In this document: positions 26,059 through 31,990 of the stretch, in pieces
Layout: each line of letters begins with the position of its first letter
Position numbering within the stretch: position 1 is the first letter of the stretch
The notes under the pieces: generated by a model
What the model was told of the DNA's origin: nothing
The model's input: only the letters and a program-made list of their open reading frames with translations
Database searches by the model: none
NCBI GenBank assembly: GCA_031370785.1
Contig: JANMQY010000050.1
Span: 1 to 31,990 of the forward strand
From: Candidatus Eiseniibacteriota bacterium
Lineage (GTDB): Bacteria > Eisenbacteria > RBG-16-71-46
DNA length: 31,990 nucleotides
Direction of reading: 5' to 3'
Translations under genes and position numbers: made by a program

Positions 26059-26074
26059 AGCAACTGTGGTGCCG
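26059..26074 (-). promoter_or_regulatory. Possible sigma54 (-24/-12) promoter for the M15A gene
   Basis: CGGCAC-CACAG-TTGCT (GG-N10-GC), about 210 nt upstream of the ATG. Confidence 0.35.
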
Positions 26075-26370
26075 CACCAGCCGGATCGGATGAGAACATG
26101 CTCAAACCGCTACCATGCAACAGAATAGAATTTGGCACGCCGGTCCGATTTCGCTCCGAAAGGGGGTCGAAATGGGCCACCCCGTCCCACCCCCCGGCCA
26201 GAACGCCTCACTCGCCGCCGAACGCACGATCAATCCATTCAGGCGCGGATCTCGATTAGAGCGGGTTGCGGGGCGGGGTGCGCGGGCCCCGCTGGAGCAC
26301 CGAACTCCGATCGCTGGCATCATATGCCGCCTCAGAAGCTCGAAATCACTCGATACGAGGAGCTCGATCG

Positions 26371-27333
26371 ATGCGCAGCGTCAGCGGACTGCACCACGTG
26401 ACTGCCATTGCCGGACCGGCGCAGGAGAATCTTGATTTCTACGCCGGAGTGCTCGGCATGCGACTGGTGAAGAAGAGCGTGAATCAGGATGACCCCGGCA
26501 CGTATCACCTTTTCTATGCCGATGCCGAAGGTCATCCCGGCACGGACCTGACGTTCTTTCCGTGGGCCCAGATGGCGCCTCCGCGTCAGGGTCACGGGCT
26601 GAGCGTCGAAGTCTCACTCACCGTGCCCCCCGGGAGCCTCGAGTTCTGGGCAGGTCGGCTCGAGCGCTACGGAGTTCGCATGGAAGCGATCGAGACGCGC
26701 TTCGGCGAGCGAGTGCTCCCGCTGGCAGATCCACACGGGCTGCGCGTGGCGCTGGTCGAGAGCGCGGGCGCGCTGCGGCGCACGTTCGCCCCCTGGGATG
26801 AGAGTCCGATCTCCGTCGAACGTCAGATCCGCGGTCTCGAGAGCGCGCGCCTCTGGGAGCGCCAGCTGTCGGTCACGACCGGATTCCTGACTGAGGCCAT
26901 GGACTTCGTCCATGTCGGCACCGAGGGCGAGTGGCATCGCTACGGTGTCGCAGAGGGCGGATCGGGCCAGTACATCGACGTGCGCGAGATGCCGACCTCA
27001 TCGCGCGGCACGTGGGGTGTGGGCGCCATTCACCATCTCGCCTGGCGCGTGGGCGATGAGGCGCATCAACTCGAAGTGCGCGCACGCCTCGAGGCTGCCG
27101 GCCGGCGGCCGACGCCGGTGATCGACCGCTTCTGGTTCAAGTCGGTCTACTTCCCGGAGCCCGGCGGCGTGCTGTTCGAGCTGGCGACGGATGGCCCCGG
27201 CTTTGGCGTCGATGAAGAGGTGTCGCACCTGGGCGAAACGCTGGTGCTTCCGCCGTGGCTCGAGCCGCAGCGGCGCCGGATCGAGGCGAGGTTGCCGAAG
27301 CTGGTCCCGCCCGCAGTCACCGCGAGGCCGTGA
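26371..27333 (+). CDS. Ring-cleaving dioxygenase (MhqO/PcpA-like, two VOC domains)
   Basis: GAGGAG RBS and ATG 26371. Motifs GLHHVTAIAG, RLVKKSVNQDDPGTYHLFY, HHLAWR and DRFWFKSVYFPEPGGVLFELATDGPGF. 320 aa. Confidence 0.95.
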   Translation: MRSVSGLHHVTAIAGPAQENLDFYAGVLGMRLVKKSVNQDDPGTYHLFYADAEGHPGTDLTFFPWAQMAPPRQGHGLSVEVSLTVPPGSLEFWAGRLERYGVRMEAIETRFGERVLPLADPHGLRVALVESAGALRRTFAPWDESPISVERQIRGLESARLWERQLSVTTGFLTEAMDFVHVGTEGEWHRYGVAEGGSGQYIDVREMPTSSRGTWGVGAIHHLAWRVGDEAHQLEVRARLEAAGRRPTPVIDRFWFKSVYFPEPGGVLFELATDGPGFGVDEEVSHLGETLVLPPWLEPQRRRIEARLPKLVPPAVTARP

Positions 27334-27342
27334 CCCGCGGGA

Positions 27343-29064
27343 TCAGGTCGATCGCAGCGGAGCGTCGAGCGCGGCGAGAACCGGCGGGTCGAGATCGTAG
27401 ATGTCGCGCATGTATCGGATCTCGCCCGAGGCTCCCACGCTGACCGTCCAGTACACGATCAGCACCGGGAGCGGATGCGCGAGATTCACCGTGGTCGTCT
27501 TTCCCTCTTCCACCACCTGCTGAATCTTCGCCGGCGACCAGCCGGCTTGTCCCGCGAGCAGCCGCTCCGCCAGCTCCAGCGGGTGTTCCAGCCGGATGCA
27601 GCCGGAGCTGAAGGTCCGGGTCTCGGCTTCGAAGAAATCACGGCTCGGCGTGTCGTGCAGGTAGATCGAGTAGGCATTCGGGAACAGGAACTTCACGCGA
27701 CCGAGTGCGGCGCCCTCGCCGGGCGGCTGCCGTAACGTGTAGTTGAAGTTTCCCGGCGTGGCCTTGTTCCAGTTGATCGAGGCCGGGTCGACCTCGTGGT
27801 TCTCGCTGTCGAGGATCACGAGTCTCTTCTTGGCGATCATGTTCTCGCCCTTGCGCATTCCGTCGAGCACGTCCTCCGCGAGAATCGTCGGCGGCACCGT
27901 CCAGTCGGGATTGAAGACGATCGTGCTCAGGTCGGAGCGGAACGCCGGCGTCTGACGCGCTTCCTTGCCGATCTGGGTGCGCGCCTCCCAGACGTTCTTG
28001 CCGCCACGAATCAGGTAGGCCTTGTAGGCCGGTAGGTTCACCAGCAGGAAATCATCCTCCAGCCCATTCAACACCCATCGCGCCCGCTCGAGATTCACGC
28101 GCGTCTGGGCGATTCTGTCGCGAGCGCTGACGTTCATGGCGTCCACCGCGTCCTTGTCGATGATCCCGTTGTCATCGAGACGGTGACGCTGTTGGAAGAG
28201 CTTGACGGCCTTCTCCAACTCGGGATCGTAGCGCTCGGGCCCGCTGGCGTTGCCGGACCCAAGCTCACCTGTGGCGGCGAGACGTGTCCGGATCGCGGGC
28301 AGGCGCGGGTCGGTCTCGCCCGGCTTGATCGGTTTGCCCTGAGCGATCGTGGGCCAGCCGCCCTCGGCTTCGATCTTCCTCAGCCGAGCGAGCGCTTCCA
28401 CGAGTCCCCGGTAGATGAAATGCTGGGGCTTGCACGACTGGATCGCATCATCGGCAGAGCGCGCCGCCGCGACTGTGGCGAGCTCCTTCTCGAGGGGGTC
28501 GGCGCCCTCGCGAGGATTTACGTTCCAGTGCGGGTCGAGCGACACCGGCCGGACGCGGCCGTAGCGCGCGTGATCGATCATCGCCGCAATGGCGTCGGTC
28601 AGCAGAAGATCGAGCTCGGCCGCGGCCGGGGCGGCGCGATCGGCACTCCCCTCCTTCAGGAACGCCTCAATCGCCTCCAGATGGTAGTCGGCGGGCGTCA
28701 GGCCGTCGTGCTCGATGTCCCGGATCGCCTTCACGATCTTCTCCCGGTTTCCTTTCGTGACCCATGCCGGCTGGAACTTCCGGGCCTGATAGAAGCGCTC
28801 GGCCACTCCGGGTTCGAGCATGCGTTCGCCGTGGACCTTCGGCGAGTGCTCGGCGGAGGCCGCGAAGCGAGACTGAATCTCCTTCGCGACCTCGGTGGCG
28901 GGTACCGAAGATCTGCCGCACCCAGCGATGCCGACCGCCAGCGCCGCAGCCGCCAGGAGCGACACCGCGAGCGCCGGCAGGGCCGTGCATGGCGCGCAGG
29001 CCAGACGGTGTGCAGTCCTGTTGGGAGAATCGGAAGTCATGGAGAAGATGGAGAAGCGTGGCAT
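27343..29064 (-). CDS. L,D-transpeptidase, YcbB/LdtD-like (scaffold + PG-binding + YkuD domains), probable lipoprotein
   Basis: Lipobox-like IAGC. PG-binding AVKLFQQRHRL. Motifs NLERARW, VNLPAY, NPDWTVP and ALGRVKFLFPN...IYLHDTP...SSGCIRL. Start 29064 or 29040. Confidence 0.93.
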   Translation of the reverse strand: MPRFSIFSMTSDSPNRTAHRLACAPCTALPALAVSLLAAAALAVGIAGCGRSSVPATEVAKEIQSRFAASAEHSPKVHGERMLEPGVAERFYQARKFQPAWVTKGNREKIVKAIRDIEHDGLTPADYHLEAIEAFLKEGSADRAAPAAAELDLLLTDAIAAMIDHARYGRVRPVSLDPHWNVNPREGADPLEKELATVAAARSADDAIQSCKPQHFIYRGLVEALARLRKIEAEGGWPTIAQGKPIKPGETDPRLPAIRTRLAATGELGSGNASGPERYDPELEKAVKLFQQRHRLDDNGIIDKDAVDAMNVSARDRIAQTRVNLERARWVLNGLEDDFLLVNLPAYKAYLIRGGKNVWEARTQIGKEARQTPAFRSDLSTIVFNPDWTVPPTILAEDVLDGMRKGENMIAKKRLVILDSENHEVDPASINWNKATPGNFNYTLRQPPGEGAALGRVKFLFPNAYSIYLHDTPSRDFFEAETRTFSSGCIRLEHPLELAERLLAGQAGWSPAKIQQVVEEGKTTTVNLAHPLPVLIVYWTVSVGASGEIRYMRDIYDLDPPVLAALDAPLRST

Positions 29065-29119
29065 GGTGATGCCCTCGATGGGATGGTCTGCGAAACGTCC
29101 TTTGGAGCGCGGCAGGCAG

Positions 29120-30964
29120 CTACTTCTTCAGCAGAGCGCGGACGTTTTCCTTTGCGGCCCGCAGATCCTTGAGGAGGATGTTGCCGATCAGGAAGAATGC
29201 GATCACTCCCGCAGCGAGGAAGAAGAGAATCGCGAGCCCCGGGTAGCCCAGGATTCTGAACGAGGTTTCGATTCGCATCAGCAGCGCGGCGCCGACGATC
29301 ATGGCCGAAACCATCAGGCCGAGCGTGATCCGATTCGCGATCTTCTGCAACCCCTCCATGAGCAGCACTTCGTTGATCGCATCGACCTTCACCCGCAGGC
29401 GATTCTCGGAGATCGCGTCGATCAGCTGATTGAGACGTTTCGGCAGGTTCTCGGCGAACTCCTTCAACTCGAGCAGTCCGGCGAAGAGCTTTCCGGGAGA
29501 AAGGCTCTTCAGCATGCGCTCACGCATGATCTCGGACGCGTATCGCCGGATCGAGGCGTTCGGATCGAACTCGGGATCCAGCTGGCGCCCGACCTGGTCG
29601 ACGTTGAGCAGGGTCTTGCCGAGCATGGTGAGCTCGCGCGGCATCCGGTAGCCCGCGTCCGCCGCGGCGTGCGCGGCATCGAACAACAGCCTTCCGAGCG
29701 CAATCTCGCGCATGCGGAGGCCCTGAAATTGCATCACCATCTCGCCGACCTGACGCCGCACTCTGGCGGGATCCGCATCGCTCAACGGCGCACCGATCTT
29801 GATGACCGTGTCGCCCGCATCCTCACCACGCCCCTCGCTGATCGCAAGTACCAGCTTGAGCAGATCCTCCTGCATGGACGGCGCGAGCTGACCGACCATG
29901 CCCAGATCGATGATCGCCAGCCGGCAATCGTCGGTAAGGAAGATGTTTCCCGGGTGCGGATCGGCCTGAAAGAACCCGTCGACCAGAATCTGCTTCAGGT
30001 ATGCATGGCATAGATCCTCGGCGAGCGGAGCGCCGTCCACCTCGATTTTCGTCAGAGGCCCCAGCGTGGTGATCTTCCGGCCCTGAATGAACTCCATGGT
30101 GAGCACACGTGTGGTCACGTAGTCGGCGACTGGGCTCGGCACCACGATTCGGTCGAAACCCCTGAGATTGTCGCCAAGGATTGTCAGATTGCGAGCCTCC
30201 TGACGGTAGTCGAGCTCGCGGAGCAGGCTCTTGCGGAAGTCCGAGAGCATGCTCTTGAAGTCGTATTTCCTGCCGAGTCGCCCCCGCTGATCGAGGAAAC
30301 CGGCGATCTCGTCCAGCACTTCGAGATCCTCGACGATCTGATCATGGATATCGGGTCGCTGCACTTTGACGGCAACGACACAGCCGTTGCGCAGCTCGGC
30401 CCGATGCACCTGTCCCAGCGAGGCAGCCGCGACGGGATCCTCATCGAAGCTCGCGAACGCCTTCGAAATCCGCACCCCCAGCTCCATCTGGATGATGCGC
30501 TCCACTTCCGCGAAGCTGAACGGCTCGACGTGGTCCTGCAGTCGGCTCAGCGCTTCCAGGTAGGCGGCGGGCAGCAGGTCGGCACGCGTCGACAGGAACT
30601 GCCCGACCTTCACGAAGGTCGGCCCCATGGCCTCGAGGTCGTTGGCCAGCTGGGCGGGACGACTCGCTTCATCGTCACCTTTGCCATCTTTCTGTCGGGT
30701 GGCGGAGCCGTTGCCGTGCGGGACATTGGCTCGTTCGAGTTCCGCCGCCTCGCGCTGCTTCTGGAGAATCTCGCCCGGGCGCTCGTGAACCAGGACAGTT
30801 CTTCCACCGCCCGCTGACGCCATGCCCGCGACGACCGCCTGGTCCTCGACCGCGAGACCGTCGAGCTCGGAATCGTGCAGCAGGTCGCCGCGACCGTACT
30901 TGAGCAGCAACCGGGCGATGTCGCGATAACGTGGAAGATGCTTAGGCTTCAAGGAAAGTCCCAT
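29120..30964 (-). CDS. ABC1/AarF/UbiB-family atypical kinase
   Basis: Motifs MGPTFVKVGQFLSTRADLLP, AAASLGQVHRA, VAVKVQRP, ELDY..EA, ADPHPGN and IDLGMVG; two C-terminal TM helices. 614 aa. Confidence 0.95.
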   Translation of the reverse strand: MGLSLKPKHLPRYRDIARLLLKYGRGDLLHDSELDGLAVEDQAVVAGMASAGGGRTVLVHERPGEILQKQREAAELERANVPHGNGSATRQKDGKGDDEASRPAQLANDLEAMGPTFVKVGQFLSTRADLLPAAYLEALSRLQDHVEPFSFAEVERIIQMELGVRISKAFASFDEDPVAAASLGQVHRAELRNGCVVAVKVQRPDIHDQIVEDLEVLDEIAGFLDQRGRLGRKYDFKSMLSDFRKSLLRELDYRQEARNLTILGDNLRGFDRIVVPSPVADYVTTRVLTMEFIQGRKITTLGPLTKIEVDGAPLAEDLCHAYLKQILVDGFFQADPHPGNIFLTDDCRLAIIDLGMVGQLAPSMQEDLLKLVLAISEGRGEDAGDTVIKIGAPLSDADPARVRRQVGEMVMQFQGLRMREIALGRLLFDAAHAAADAGYRMPRELTMLGKTLLNVDQVGRQLDPEFDPNASIRRYASEIMRERMLKSLSPGKLFAGLLELKEFAENLPKRLNQLIDAISENRLRVKVDAINEVLLMEGLQKIANRITLGLMVSAMIVGAALLMRIETSFRILGYPGLAILFFLAAGVIAFFLIGNILLKDLRAAKENVRALLKK

Positions 30965-30994
30965 GTCCGGCTGTCGCTCCCGCGATGGAAGCCT

Positions 30995-31019
30995 GCCCTC
31001 GGGGTCTCTCCCCGAGGGC
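30995..31019 (-). terminator. Hairpin after the small basic protein gene
   Basis: 10-bp stem GCCCTCGGGG/CCCCGAGGGC with a 5-nt loop, 13 nt after the stop; no U-tract. Confidence 0.45.
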
Positions 31020-31032
31020 GCTTCGGCTCATT

Positions 31033-31188
31033 CTACTTCTCGTCCTTGGCCCGGCGCCGAACATCCTGCCCCTGAGCACGCTTGTAGGTCTGAATGTCCT
31101 TGATGCGACCCTTCTTGTCGCGGACCGCATAGAGCTTCTTGCCGCCCGTGCTGCGATGGGTGGTTCGCTTTGCCTTGGCTGCCATCAT
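31033..31188 (-). CDS. Small highly basic hypothetical protein (51 aa), absent from the ORF track
   Basis: GAGGAGG RBS then ATGATG. Sequence MMAAKAKRTTHRSTGGKKLYAVRDKKGRIKDIQTYKRAQGQDVRRRAKDEK*. Flanked by a promoter-like motif and a hairpin. Confidence 0.8.
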   Translation of the reverse strand: MMAAKAKRTTHRSTGGKKLYAVRDKKGRIKDIQTYKRAQGQDVRRRAKDEK

Positions 31189-31255
31189 TCCTCCTCTGGC
31201 GTACGATCCGATCGGCCTCGGTGTGCGGAATCAAATGACGGCCGACCCGTGAAAA

Positions 31256-31271
31256 CGCATCAAGCGTGCCA
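31256..31271 (-). promoter_or_regulatory. Putative sigma54 (-24/-12) promoter of the small basic protein
   Basis: TGGCACG-CTTG-ATGCG versus consensus TGGCACG-N4-TTGCW, 67 nt upstream of the ATG. Confidence 0.55.
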
Positions 31272-31438
31272 CGGAACAACGAAGAGATGACACCGAGCAT
31301 TCTCACCGCGTTAGGGCGTCATTGGGCTCTCGGGTTCGTCGGAAGGCGCGACGCCGAAGCGCAACCGTACAATCGGGGGGAAAAGAACGTACACGGACCA
31401 CCGGGCCGAACACCGCGGCGTGATCCGTTCGTGAAAGC

Positions 31439-31630
31439 TCAGAAGATCCCTTGCACCTCGCTCCCGGAGTCGGGCGGGCGGATCGCGGGCTGGGCGCGGA
31501 AGTATCCAGCGTTTCCCCCGGCCACGTAGGCCTTGCGCAGCTTGGCAGCCATGGCCTTGCCGACTTCGCCGGCGCCTAGCAGGACGACGATGCGGTAGTG
31601 GTGAAGCCTGGCCCCGACCAGCTCGTCCTG
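31439..31630 (-). pseudogene. Possible remnant of a Ser/Thr protein kinase gene
   Basis: A frame without a convincing start reads LVGARLHHYRIVVLLGAGEVG..., resembling the Hanks-kinase N-terminus (G..L.HYRI...LG.GGMG). No other kinase motifs follow. Confidence 0.3.
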
Positions 31631-31753
31631 CCTTTGCCGGCCCGGCCGTGCGCCCCGGTCAGGAAAGCGTTGTGCTACGAATCGAGTTGCCGCACTTTAC
31701 GGGGCGGATTGCGTATCGAGCGGAGGTCTCAGCTGTCCACGAAGCCACACGTC

Positions 31754-31990
31754 ATGACTCCAAAGCCTCCCTCCGGCCGGCCTCTTGTGCCCGCCACCGC
31801 GCTGGGGTGCGCGGCGCTGATGATCGCGCACCTGATCGCGTCGAAGGCAACGCGCGATACGCTGTTTCTGTCGAGCTTCGACGTCACGCGTCTGCCCATG
31901 ATGGTCGCGGGCGCCTCGGCACTTTCCATCGTGGTCGCACTCGCCGCCTCGCGCGCCATGGTCACGTATGGCCCGGCCCGCCTGATCCCA
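31754..31990 (+). CDS. 5' part of an MFS/TLC (Npt-like nucleotide transporter) membrane protein, running off the window
   Basis: 79 open codons: MTPKPPSGRPLVPATALGCAALMIAHLIASKATRDTLFLSSFDVTRLPMMV.... The K.TRD.LFLS.F....LP motif is typical of TLC-like transporter N-termini. Confidence 0.7.
   Translation, partial: MTPKPPSGRPLVPATALGCAALMIAHLIASKATRDTLFLSSFDVTRLPMMVAGASALSIVVALAASRAMVTYGPARLIP

Noticed and set aside
26131..26150. Sigma54 promoter TTGGCACG upstream of the dioxygenase
   Set aside because: The -24 element is good, but there is no GC at the -12 position.
27590..27665. Inactive L,D-transpeptidase because the motif is SSGC rather than SHGC
   Set aside because: The catalytic His (HDTP) and Cys are present, and SSGC is normal in YcbB/LdtD-type enzymes.
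1..31990. tRNA (including tRNA-Sec), rRNA, known riboswitches, IS elements or prophage genes
   Set aside because: No cloverleaf, conserved RNA motif, transposase, integrase or phage protein was recognised by eye. A covariance-model search was not run.

Overview
High-GC, gene-dense bacterial chromosomal window with about 22 protein genes and no rRNA, tRNA, CRISPR array, integrase or transposase that I can support. The secreted-protein architectures suggest a diderm of the FCB-associated candidate phyla (Ca. Eisenbacteria-like; inference). Left (0.5-9.4 kb): secreted proteins with two different C-terminal tags, an orphan histidine kinase and a frameshifted probable lipoprotein. Middle: a decaying DoxX/VOC/SRPBCC/YciI cluster facing a minus-strand run of archaemetzincin, YaiI, SWIM-SNF2, a glycosyltransferase and a thioredoxin-TPR gene. 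Right: outer-membrane and cell-wall genes, a ring-cleaving dioxygenase, an ABC1 kinase and a 51-aa basic protein. Two main highlights. (1) A probable selenoprotein that the ORF track splits: 11154..11741(-) has an in-frame TGA at the first Cys position of the thioredoxin motif (U-G-G-C), directly followed by a SECIS-like hairpin. (2) Two unrelated secreted proteins end in the same tail, TP-x4-[ST]WGR[VI]Kx[LI]YR-stop, a candidate uncharacterised C-terminal sorting signal that coexists with T9SS-CTD-like tails on three other proteins. All family calls come from motif recognition by eye; no database search was run.
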